Below are positions 39,188-50,650 of a DNA stretch of 64,000 nucleotides, in pieces; position 1 is the stretch's first letter; every line of letters begins with the position of its first letter. Both the position numbers and the translations under genes were made by a program. The stretch is from assembly GCA_039545335.1 (NCBI GenBank), contig BCIN01000001.1, positions 1-64,000 of the forward strand, in the 5' to 3' direction. The notes under the pieces are model-generated. The model did not search any database and was not told the DNA's origin. It worked only from the letters and a program-made list of their open reading frames with translations. The DNA is from Kondoa subrosea. Lineage: Eukaryota.

Positions 39188-42100
39188 TCATCGTTTCGCC
39201 TTCTTCGCAGCAGGCTTTTTGCTCGTAGTTGCTGGAGTAGTTGCAGCCCTTTTCTTGCCTTTCGCTGCAGTCTTCTTTACAACCTCTTTTTCTGGGCTCG
39301 CTGAAGATGACGAAGGCTTCCAATCAAGTATCTCTTCCAGACTCTCTTCTTTCGCCAAAGCTTTCAGAAAAGCAATACTATCATCTGCTTGAGCTTTGAA
39401 CGAATTTAGCGAAGGTGGACCAGTTCCGGCAGATGTAGGTGCCGAAGGATTGATTAGCGTTGCATCTGGTATTCTGGAAAGCCTTGTCTCTGCCGCAGCC
39501 TGGAAATTAAAATGAGCATGGCAAAAAGTAAAGGGCAAAGCAAACTCACCACAGTAAATTTGGGATTTACGTGAGACGTGGTTGATATTGTCGAGTTGCC
39601 ATGCATGGCCAGCTTCGATGCAGAGGAGAAACCAGTCGTACCCGCCGGCATCATAGCTGAAGCTCGACTGAAGCCGTTCGTCGGAGGGAGACCCTGACTA
39701 GCCATTCCTGGCCTTTGCGACAGTGAAGGCACACTGTAGCTGCGATAACCTCCTTGACTATACGATGGACCAGCTTGACTTGACGAGTAGGAATAATTGG
39801 TCTGTGGGAGAGCTGCTGGCGCAGTCCGCGTTTGATAGCCGTTATACGATAAACCGCTAAATCGACTGGAGGACGCTTCAGGTGCCACTACTATGTCCCA
39901 AGCTGCTTCTTTTGGCTGAGTTCTGGTGCTGTTATATATCTTAGCTGAAACTCAGCTTTGCATATAGAGAGGAACGCACTGTTCTTCAATAGCTAGCTGA
40001 ATCACCTGTGCTTCGATCGCTTGACGCCTCAAGACTGCGTTCATCAGCAGCCTAGTGTCAGGACTGATTTGGTCCGGCTGATTCACCACTAGATTGCGAC
40101 TTTCAGTAGAAAGTTGATGCAAGAAAGGGCTCATTTTAGCTTGTTTGACATCAGCCTGTGGAGGATCATATGAGCTATGTATATTCTTTGCGCATATATA
40201 CCTACTCCTTGCATGCGAGCTCTGACGTGAGTCATGTAGAGTGCGACTTGTGCTCTTGTCATAGCGACGTAAAGCAACCGCCTGTCCGAGGCGTCCATTT
40301 ACACGGTCTGTGACTCTATGCGTGCACGTACCTTTCCTCGTCTTGCTGTTCCGGGGTGTCACACTTGAAGAAAGGAAGTATACCGTCTTCACAGGCTGGT
40401 ACAAAGATAACCGGCCATTCCAGACCTTTCGCAGAATGCACTGAACGGAAAATGAGCTTCATAGTATTCGATATTAGCTACGGACCTGTTGAGATAGTCA
40501 CTTTCGGTTTCTTTTCGTCACCCTCTTCTTCTACTTCAACGTCTGTCGATAATTGGGTTGCGGCCAGGAAAGTACGCAATGGTGTTGAAGGTGCAGCTTC
40601 GTCTGGTGATATCTTCTCGTCCAAACTACGGACATGTTGATTATTGTCAGGTTCGGGACCAGCTGAAAGACTCACATTTCCAAAGAATCCTCAAACCCGC
40701 TATCTTCTTGTTTACCCTTACCCTTGGAGATGAAGGGCTTCTCTTCAGCCTCATCATCCTCGTATTGGGTTTGCGACGAAGCTGGAACCGCTTCTTCGGA
40801 CTCTTCCGGTTCTATAGAATCTTTAGCAATTTGAGCAGAGTACGATCTAGTAGAGCATCCTTATCATCCCACCAATACAATTTGACTGAGATAAGACTCA
40901 CTTAAGTTCTTCGATGTTCTGCAAACGCGCATCTTTGTCTGTTCCGTACGTCCGTTCCAGATGTGCCTCGTATTCTATCGTCTGACAGATGACATCGATC
41001 AGTTCAGAGACATGAGCTCCCTGCGCAAGGTAAATGACAATGAGACAAGTATAAGGGGAAAAGCCTTCTGAGACAGCTTACCTTGTTGGCTAATTCCTTC
41101 GCTTTTGCAACAACAGCTACGAACGGCTTCAAAGCTTTCTTCTGTGCTGGCTTCAAGTCTCCGAGGCTCGAGCCGCGTAAAGAACGAGTGACAACTTCCA
41201 TCATGCTAATATTCTTCTCTTCAGCAGCACTTTGAATCTTCGCGATGGTTTGCGCCTGTTTCCGTTGAAGTGAGAAGTAGGACTTGGGGATATGTGGACA
41301 CTCACTCCGATAGCTCTTTTAGGCACATTGACGACCCTTTCAAAAGCCAAAGAATAACCAGGCGATTCAACCAGTTGCAAATAAGCTAGAATATCCTTGA
41401 CTTCTGCTCTATCAAAGAATTTGCTGCCACCTAGTATTCGATTTGGTATCCCGGCAGTCTGAAAAGCTCCCTCTAAAGATCTCGAGAGAGAGTTATACCG
41501 CAGCAGAATAGCGAAGTCTTCGTAGCCTAGCTGTCCTCCAGTATGCGCTATGAGACGCTTGATTTCCGAAGCAATGTATGCGCCTTCCATCTGAGGTGAA
41601 GGTAGCTGTCGGAGAACAACCCCTAGACCGCTAGAGTGGGACGTAAAGAGTTTCTTCTGGATGCGCTTAGTATCTTGTGAGACAACTGCTAGACTTGCGG
41701 CTAAGATAGCGCCAGTACTTCTGTAGTTCTCTTCTAGATAGATTTGGGCACAGGGCTTGAAATCTTTAAGCATGAAATCAATGTTTTCCACTTCAGCTGA
41801 ACGCCAACCGTAAATACTCTGGGTATTGTTCAGTCGGAGCAGCGCGAGAACGTGTAGAAAACCCACTTGGTCTGGATCACCAACGACCGTCAAGGCTTTA
41901 CACTTCTTGGCCATATATTTGACCATTTCGTATTGCACAGTATTGGTGTCCTGAAACTCGTCCACTAACACGTGCTTGACATTCGCTAATACTCTTTGAT
42001 GTTTTTGAAAGAGTTCAAGACCTTGAGAGAGCAGATCGTCAAAGTCTAAAGCATGATCCTTCACCAGCTGATTTTGATAGTCAAGGTAGATATCGCTAAT

Positions 42101-42904
42101 GATGATGTTCATTTCGTTGTTGTTGTTCTCTGCTGTGTGCCGGAATTGTTCTGGTGAGATACCTTTAGCTTTACACTTGCTGATTGTTTCTGCTACTGAT
42201 TTGGGTTTAGGTGGTTCAAGCGATAAAGCTGAGAATTGTTCCTTGGCTTCTAACACAAGTCTCTTGATGAGAGCAACGCTATCCGTATGATCGCAGATGA
42301 GCTGCAAAGACTACTTAGTAGAAATCATTGTCTAAGTTGTGCACTCACAAAGTTATTTGGAATAGAGATCAGCTGTCCATGTCGGCGAAGATCTGATAGT
42401 AAGGGATAAGCAAGTTAATCAGATCGTGTCTTGCCCTCACATCTAACGCTGACGCTATGAAAGGTGCCCATGACCAATTGAGAAGTAGCTTGATCTCCGA
42501 GCATAGCTTTCAATCGCTGCCGCATTTCATTTGCTGCTTTGTTCTATGTAATTTAATATAAGCGAGGCGATCTACTACGAGGCTTAGCTTACAGTGAAGG
42601 TCACCACAATCTGCAGCGACGGATCAGAATAGCTCGTCATCCAGGCCTTTAAGAAGGGCTTACCAAGTCTTTGGGCTGGATCTTATGTTCGATGACCATT
42701 TGTGCGATTCGTGAGGTAAGCGTCCTAGTCCTATGACAGTAAAGAAGCATAGACATGAGCGAACGCTGTTGCTGCTGGAAAGGTTCATGCGATGACTGAC
42801 TTGCCAGATCCTGGACCTGCGAGAATCTGCAAAGATGCTTTTGGCGAGAAAGTGACTGCCCGTTGTTGCGCTTCATTAAGATGCGCTAGGTGAAGAGATG
42901 CCAT
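39188..42904 (-). CDS. SRS2: UvrD/REP-family DNA helicase Srs2
   Basis: LNEAQQRAV, ILAGPGS|GKT, TF|TNKAANEM, GTFH, LDFDDLL, LVDEFQDTN, VGDPDQ|SIYGWR, LEENYRS, HSAKGLEWP, LYVAMTRA. Confidence 0.93.
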
Positions 42905-43507
42905 CTTAGATCAAAGGGATCGCTACGCCGTAGCTCTAAGATCGACTATCGCGGTTCGAAAGCAAAACAAGACGAAATGGTAAACAATCGCGATATGAGT
43001 CGGAGGAGCAGTGAGCGTGCAGCCCAAATGAAATCACGCATGGCTACAAGCAGCTGACTACAGTCCAGTATCACTGCTTTCAAACAACATGCATTGGGTT
43101 GGTTTCCTAATCTACACAAACTCGAAATATCTTCCCCTAGATTCCGCCAGTTTCAGCTCCTCCGACTAGTCCACAAGTTCATCACTTTCGAAGTCCTAAG
43201 AGGACTTTCTTAAATCCATATAATCAAAGCACAGCTTAGGAGTACTGAAGGGTTACTGGATGCCGAAACAGCATGAGAGACGTGCCAGCTACCGTCAATA
43301 CTTCAGCCTTCGAAAGCAATGGAAGAATCAGAGTTACAAATATCCCTCGTTTGAGCATGCAAAACTTGTTGTTCGCAGGTATAGGTAAGAAGGCTTGTGC
43401 AGCTTGTTTAGGCGCTTTGACAAGCTGAGAGGTAAGCGATGGCAGGAGTATGATGGATTGACGCTTAGCCAGGCAATCCAAGCTCAGATTATTCCAGAGT
43501 GGTATGC

Positions 43508-44215
43508 TCAAGCCTCCGCTTTCTTCACATGCGCTCGCTTCTTCTTCGACATTCGTATCGCTTGCTTTGATTTGACTTGAGTCGACGCATCGTGTACACC
43601 TTTCCAAGGTTTGAGCTGATAGAGCTTCTTGTTCTGCCTTGCGACTTTAGGTCGGCTGACTTTGGCTAGATTTGGCAGATGAAGTAGTTTGACTTTTCGC
43701 AAGGGAATTGTGCGAAGTAACGATTGTCGACGATGCCAGGGCTTCGCAAGTATGAGCAGTGCTCAGACGGTGCGAAGAGGGAAAGACTCACCCAAGCTAC
43801 GTGACTTTGGGACTTCAGCCAATCCATGTCCACGGCTGCCTGCTCTGCTTGACTTCGCATAAGCTGCTGCTGTTCCGCTGATAGGTCCGTCACATCTCTA
43901 TACTGAGCATAAGCCACTTGCTACTACTGGACAGCCGCGCTCACAAAACTCGAGTCGACTCTTGGACCCAGTCAACGGCCGTATCTCGCAATTGGATCAC
44001 TTCAGGCTGCTTCTGATGAGAGAATAGACGGAACTCTGTGCAAGACAGTCAAATCTGAAGCGCTGAGGTCTTGAATTTGGCAGCGTACCCATTGGCTTCT
44101 CTTCTTGAACTTTACTGGCTTCATACACCACATCTTGGCTGAAAGAAGGCAACGAATTGCTCAACAAGGCTTCTAAAGCGGCCAGGCGATTGTCTTCTGC
44201 TGGATCAGAGGTCAT
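43508..44215 (-). CDS. Small basic protein resembling the fungal DUF2011 family (copy A, intact)
   Basis: Three introns. MTSDPAEDNRLAALEALL..EFRLFSHQ..QAEQAAVDMDWLKSQS..W|PW..MSKKKRAHVKKAEA*. The family assignment rests on recalled EFRLF/AAV/PW motifs only. Confidence 0.7.
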
Positions 44216-44374
44216 TGTCTGCTGTCAAAGGAAGGGACGTCCCATCAAGTCTCTGAGCCGAGCCTGGAGCCTGCCTGGCTCTTCTGGTGATAGAAATACT
44301 CTGTACGCTCATATACTCATATAACAAATGGTCCCGTGATCATTTCGCTGCTTTCTCGTTAGCTGACTCCTTGG

Positions 44375-45754
44375 ATGGCTTCAATCAGTAACCTACCAGT
44401 AGAGCTTCAAGCAGCCATTCTTTCTGAGCTACGCGGCAGTAACCCACTCAACCCCGGCTATCTTCTGCGGGGTACTATCGCTCGATGCGCTTCAGTTAGC
44501 CGTTTGTGGCACTCGCTGGCAACACCTTTGCTTTACGAGCGAGTAAATCTGGATCTCGACACAATTCCAAATATCAACAGAAGGATTACCAGAAGAAGTG
44601 CGGCTGCAGCAGCGATACCAAATCTTTTCAGCATCTTGTATCAAGACCAGAATCTTTGTGAGCATATCAAAATATTAGCGATTTACACCGAGGATCCCCT
44701 GTCGTACCAAATTGCCAACTTTTTGCAACTCTTACGATCCTGTACCAGGATTGTCCATCTTATATGTACTTCTCTTGGACCACCTCCATCGAAATCTGTC
44801 ATTTCTGCTATCCGAATGCTTTCTAGCTTGAGGACTGCATACTTTGAATATGATAACGACACCTCACCTCCATCATGCGCGGCTTTCTATACCACTTTGC
44901 TCGAAATGGCTCCGCAATTGACGGAAATGTGCTTCAACCAGTGTTTAGGAGGAGCAATGGCGACAGTGAAGTCATGCAGAGCTGCAAATGGGGTTGAGCT
45001 GGATGAAGATTCAAAGCCTGGATCTTTGCACTCCTTCCTCCGCCAATTGAAGACAGGTCAAACGCCGCTAGCAATCACGGAGTTTCAGGGTTCGCCGGAC
45101 TGTCATCTTGATTTGAGCAGACCTTGCGAGCATTTGAATACACAGTTCTTGCGCAGCTTAATTCTGGTTAATCAAGCTTTGCCAAGTACGGCGGACTGGA
45201 TACAAGCCTCGCCATTCTTGCCTGCACTTGTATCCTTGGACGTTTCCATACCCGGGGGACTACCCGCTGGAGATGTGATCCATCGCCGACATGACGAGTT
45301 CGGCCATCTCATCTCCTCCTTGGCACAAACACGCCTAAGCTCACAATTGACGAAGTTGGCTTTTGATTATGCAAGGAGAACGCAAGCAATTACACATTTT
45401 GATCCATTGCTTCGACACTTTCCGAACCTCCGTCACTGCTATATCACGACTAATTCCCGGTGCTGTCCTCAAATTGCTGGCGACTGTGCTTTCTCCGTCG
45501 ACGCCCTCACTTTGGCTGACGATGCCCCAAGAGCAGAACAACTTCAAGCTTTGTGCAAATTTGCATCCACTTTTACAGCTCAAAGGCAGTCAAGAGTCGT
45601 CGAAATCATTGTCGATCTGTGCTTCTGTCGAGGGGAGATGTTTCTGAATTTTGAAGGGGGGCAGCTTACACATCATTATGTTCCGGAATCGGATGTCTTC
45701 AGAGGCTGGAGAAGGATCTTTGGCATTAGCGAAGCCGATGATGCTGAAGCATGA
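44375..45754 (+). CDS. Intronless F-box protein with RNI/LRR-like body (copy A)
   Basis: 459-aa ORF. F-box pattern LPVELQAAIL..CASVSRLWHSLATPLLY and LxxLxL repeats (LVSLDV, FPNLRHC). Confidence 0.85.
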   Translation: MASISNLPVELQAAILSELRGSNPLNPGYLLRGTIARCASVSRLWHSLATPLLYERVNLDLDTIPNINRRITRRSAAAAAIPNLFSILYQDQNLCEHIKILAIYTEDPLSYQIANFLQLLRSCTRIVHLICTSLGPPPSKSVISAIRMLSSLRTAYFEYDNDTSPPSCAAFYTTLLEMAPQLTEMCFNQCLGGAMATVKSCRAANGVELDEDSKPGSLHSFLRQLKTGQTPLAITEFQGSPDCHLDLSRPCEHLNTQFLRSLILVNQALPSTADWIQASPFLPALVSLDVSIPGGLPAGDVIHRRHDEFGHLISSLAQTRLSSQLTKLAFDYARRTQAITHFDPLLRHFPNLRHCYITTNSRCCPQIAGDCAFSVDALTLADDAPRAEQLQALCKFASTFTAQRQSRVVEIIVDLCFCRGEMFLNFEGGQLTHHYVPESDVFRGWRRIFGISEADDAEA

Positions 45755-46231
45755 AGATGACTTTTGAGTGAGTTCGACAAGAGGGCAGATCGTAGCGTTC
45801 TGACGACAGTCTGCAGACCTGTCTGACGATCATGTATGGCTCAATATTTTGGCTGCACATTGCAATGCAATCATTGCCTGTCGCGACCGATGCGTCAGAA
45901 TCACAAATCTTACTCTTCCCTTCTACCGCCGTTCAGACTTGCTTTACACCACGAAATTAACATGCCTATTTTTCCCAGCACTTGGATCTCCAGCATATCG
46001 GGTAGAAGAAACGACACTCTTTCAACAACGCTTCTTCAATTGATTACATAAGCGTGCTTCATAGTCTCGGAGAGCAACATATGCCGTTGTATAGTACTAT
46101 CAAACCATTTTTATCTATCATAGAACATTAGTGTCAGGCCGTCGCCTCAGTATTGCCGTACTCCTCAAGTTTCTTGAATCTCAGCTTTGTCTTGTGATAG
46201 CAGCGACTTCCTCCTTCGTAGTAATTACAAG

Positions 46232-47734
46232 ATGTCAAAGACTACCAAATTCGGTATCATCTCAGCGTAAGACTTGCAGCTCTAAGCAAGTTGAGCCGCG
46301 TTGAATTGCATGACATAATAGTGCGAACATTGCTCCCAATGCCCTGATCAAGCCCTCCAAAGTAGTCTCAGGCGTTACCATCTATGGCGTCGCAGCTCGT
46401 GATCCAAAGAAAGCGGAAGCCTTTGCCAAAGAGCATGGAATAGCCAAAGTCTACCAAACCTATGACGGTAAGTCATGCTCGTCTATACTTTGCATAGTCA
46501 GCCTGATGATCCGCATATCAGAGCTCATCAATGATCCGGAGATTGATGCTATTTACAACCCTGTAAGCTGCTGATGGATGAGCGCATCTGGAGCCATTCT
46601 GACGCAGTGCAGCTACCGAACGGTCTTCACTATGAGTGGTCTCGCAAATGTATAGAAGCCAGGAAGCCTGTCTTGTTAGAGAAGCCAAGTTGCAGCAATG
46701 CGGAAGAGACACAGAAACTCTTTGATCTGGCAGTAAGTACTGCTTTTTCTATTCCTCTGGTCAACTCAACCCCAGCACAGAAAAGCAAAGGCGTTGTCCT
46801 GCTAGAAGCTCTTCACCATCGCTTTCATCCTAAACTTCACAAATTACGCGAAATCGCTCAATCCGGAAAGATTGGCGAGATCAAGCGCCTGGAAACTCGA
46901 TTCCACCTTTCACCGGCCATTGTGAAGGAAAATGATATTCGGTGGGAGTACGAACTAGCTGGTGGTGCGGTGTAAGCAAACTTTCTCTTGATCATATGTT
47001 CGTATTTCAAAACAGCACTCCAGTATGGACTTAGGGTGAGTTCAAAAGCCTTACTTACGATACAGAAACACTCAACAAGAAGTCTAGAACCTACTCAATC
47101 AGTGCTATGCGATTCATCTTGGGCACCGATCCAGTAATCCAATCAGCCCAAGCTACGGCTCACAAGCATCCAAAGATCGATAAGGAGATGAAAGCTGAGT
47201 TGTCGTTCCCGTCAGTGATGAGATTGCCTGTCGTCGCATAAGTAAAGCTAATGTCAACAAATAGTAATGGGGTAGAAGCAACTCTTGATGTCGATTTGAG
47301 CGATGATAAGTGCGAGTCTATTGAAGCTCCTATCACTGTGTATGGCTCTAAAGGATCAGTCCATCTCGATAACTTTGTGGTAAGGCAGACTTTCTCGACG
47401 AATAATCTCGCTGAAACTTGTGGTCAGGTGATCAATGGACGACCATCAAACTTATCTTTCACTTTAGAAGGCGGCGAAGCTACTTCTGTCAAGGAGTTTG
47501 ATAATATGAACGGAAACGCACTGGAATGGACTTCCTATGCCTATCAGCTTCAAGCTTTCGTCAATCGTTTGAATGGCAAAGATACTCATTACTGGATGGA
47601 GGGTCAAGATAGCATCACGCAACAGCAGGTTATCGATGCTGTCAGTATCGTTGTGCTTAATTTGAGCAATATCTGATGTCTTGGAACAGGTCTACGAGAA
47701 ATCGGGAATGGGTGCAAGACCGTCCATGCAGTGA
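46232..47734 (+). CDS. Gfo/Idh/MocA family NAD(P)-dependent oxidoreductase
   Basis: FGIISA|ANIAP, GVAARDPKKAEAFA, DPEIDAIYNP|LPNGLHYEW, VLLEKP, DIRWEYELAGGA. Confidence 0.9.
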
Positions 47735-47843
47735 GGCTATCAAATGGGCTGTACAATAGAATATGCAACGTATCTCCTTTACAGCTTGCAACTTTAACGA
47801 TCCTCAACTGCCATTAGTCAGCAAGGTTTACCTTCGACAGCCA

Positions 47844-50497
47844 ATGGAGGAAGAGGACGAGCAAGTCTATTCCTCGAGAATCAGGCGCAGACGACCTGGT
47901 AGAACTCAAGCTACTGGATCAACAATTACTCCACGCGATACTCAGACTGGAATTGCCGTTACAGCTCGAAAGCGTTTAGATGATGTTTTCGATTTCAATG
48001 AACCTCTTACACCTTTGAGCACTTCTGGATCCGACTCTCGCTCTACATCTGACGATGGTGAAGAAGAGGCTTTTTCGCTCTCTCGTTCGCCTTTATCTCC
48101 AATTCTGCCTGCAAATCAATCTCCAGCTAAACGTCGACGCAAGTCTTTTCCAGCCCGAGCAGATTTTGAGGCCGATGTAGATGATGTAGGAGTAGTAGAA
48201 CTGAATCAGCGTTTGCTTTCTTCGCGTAAGAAACCACGATGGCGCATCAAACCTTCGACTTCGGACGAAGAAGATGCTCAGAACTTAGCAGCGGATCAAG
48301 CACCACAAGTAGCGACGTCACCAGCGTATGATCTTCGTTCTCACAAAGATGCTTTACCGGATTTATATGCTGTCATGGATGCTTTGCCAGCACATGACGC
48401 AGAAGAGGAGGAAAGCGATGTTCAGCCAGCACAGGCGTCACCACCTTGGAATTTGAGTAAGCTCAGAAAGCGTCATCCTTCACAGCCAGCTGAAGAAGAA
48501 CACAGAACGAAATCAGCTCTTGACTTTGTGCCTTCAAATCATGCGAATGTGCCTTTACATGTACGCCGAGCATTTTGCCATTATATTTGAGACTGATATT
48601 CCGCGTAGCATTCGCGTCTTGATCGGATTGAGCGGGTCAAACCAAGCCATACTACTCGATTCTTGTCTCGCACTCGCCAAACTACTTTCGCCTCAGCTAC
48701 TACATCTCAAGAAGAAGTTCGGCATGCTGCTGCTGGTCATAAGCGGTTGCACGATCTATCACGGGTCCCTTATCTGGCCGTACCGCTAGGTGAAGAGGAA
48801 TTTCCACCTGAAGAAAGCAGCGACAGAAATCGTTTGCCTGCAAAAGTGAACAAGAAAGCGGCTAGAAGAAAGGCTTTTCAAGCTTCGCTTCCAACTGCCC
48901 GCTCTTTCGTTCCTTTACAACTTGTCTCCCCAAACGATCCCGATGTGAATTATCACGCTCGATGCGATCAGCCGATTGAAAGGTACGATACTGCCGAAGG
49001 ACTAAGAAATATCTGATTCTGTATCGACAGAGTTAACAACCGACCTAAGAAGATTCCACGTAAACCGCTTGCGAAAGTAGTCAATCCTCTAAAGCAGGTT
49101 CCAGCAAATCAAGCCAACCGCTTGCACGGTACTAATCCCACTGTGCCTGTGTCGCCATCTGTTCAGCTAGCTCTATCACCACTTCCAATTGCTGTACCAC
49201 TCCTTGACACTCCGCCCAGCGTTCGGCGAGAAAGGTTGGTAGACTCTGTAGAGACTGGCCGAAATAGGATTCTGGTCGAAAACACTCAGATCATGGCAGA
49301 AGAAGAGCTTGAAGCACCGTTGCAAGACGAACATGAGCCTTTTAATCCTTTTGATCAGCATCATGAACCAGAGCCTTCTGATCCACCTTTGCAAGAAGAC
49401 GTATTTATCGAACAACCTGTTTCGAACGCTCGAGCGCCCAGTCTAGCTGACGTACCAGTGACCGATGTTGATATGCGAATTGAAGAATCAGCTCAGGCCG
49501 CTAATTTTCCTGGACTAGAGATGCAGCGCTATTCGCAGTACTATCAACACCTTGCGAGATCGGATGGGCCAGCAGATATTGAGCAGCTTTTCGTCGAGGC
49601 AGAAGAGGAATTCGCTTTACTTGATCCCCATTTGGAAGAGCAATCTGTACCATCCGAAGAAGATGCATTGTCTGGTAGCGAAGAGGAACATACACCTACC
49701 GGCCCTAGTGATCCTTACAACTCTTTGTATCCTCAGATGCAAGAGTCAGAGGTAATCGCCAGATCACCGCCCAGCGCAGTGTTGGAAGAGGAATCAGGTT
49801 ATGAAGCGGATGAAGAGGCGAATCTAACTGTAGACGAGTACTTTGCTCGCTTCGGGACGGAAGATTGTCAGTCGATGAAGTACAGAGCTTGTCACTGATA
49901 TGGCTTGTAGTACCTCCTGCGGGTCAAAGCATCACTTCTGACAAGGCTCCAGCATTTGACCACCAGTCGAGAGTGCCGGAACGAGCAGTGGTCTTCAAAC
50001 AGCGCAAGAAGAGGGTGCTTTTACCTGCGAATAGTATTGTGGAAGAAGAGGAGCCGCAAGAACTGATTGGCAGAGATCTTGTACAGCCAGAGGCAGAGGA
50101 AGAAGCTGGAAATGATTTGATCCAAAATCAAGTGACCATGAAAGGTCTCGCCCAACCAACAAGAGCAGTTCAGCCGCAGCCCTTGACAATGTTTGCCGAT
50201 TCACAATTAGTTCCACATCAGCATCAGCAACAGTTGAACTCTCCTCCAGCTTGCTCTACTTCGGCTCGGACCTATCTTCGCTATCGTCGAATGGATCCCA
50301 AATCTTCTTCGCAGCCAGCTTCTACAGCTTTCTCTTTTCGCGGCGGGTTTCGAGCGGAAGTCGGTCAAAGACAGGTCGATGCAACTATGGCTCGACCTGT
50401 CGCTTTGATTACGGATGAAAGAGGTCAAAGAAAAGCTCGTGTGAGGACCATCACCACGATGCAGCGGCTAGATAGCGCTTTGAAAGGAAGCCGATAA
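47844..50497 (+). CDS. Hypothetical largely disordered acidic/Pro-rich protein with basic NLS-like motifs
   Basis: A chain of long same-strand ORFs joined by short introns. No recognisable domain. Confidence 0.65.
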
Positions 50498-50650
50498 TGG
50501 TGATGGAACGTCTGTATTGTGATCATAAGGGGGGATACCAAAATGCATCCGCTAATGCTAATGTCGCTAACGTCCACCACTGCTCCACCCTATGTAGAAT
50601 ATTGATCTGCAGTATCATCCTCTAAAACTTGCACAACGAGACTTCAGTGA

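Larger units (their letters stand above)
43150..46085. repeat. Left arm of a ~2.9 kb inverted segmental duplication (partner 59140-62080)
   Basis: Reverse-complement similarity covers a decayed ORF, the small gene, the shared promoter, the F-box gene and a weakly alignable 3' flank (ATTACATAA, CAACATATG). Confidence 0.9.
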
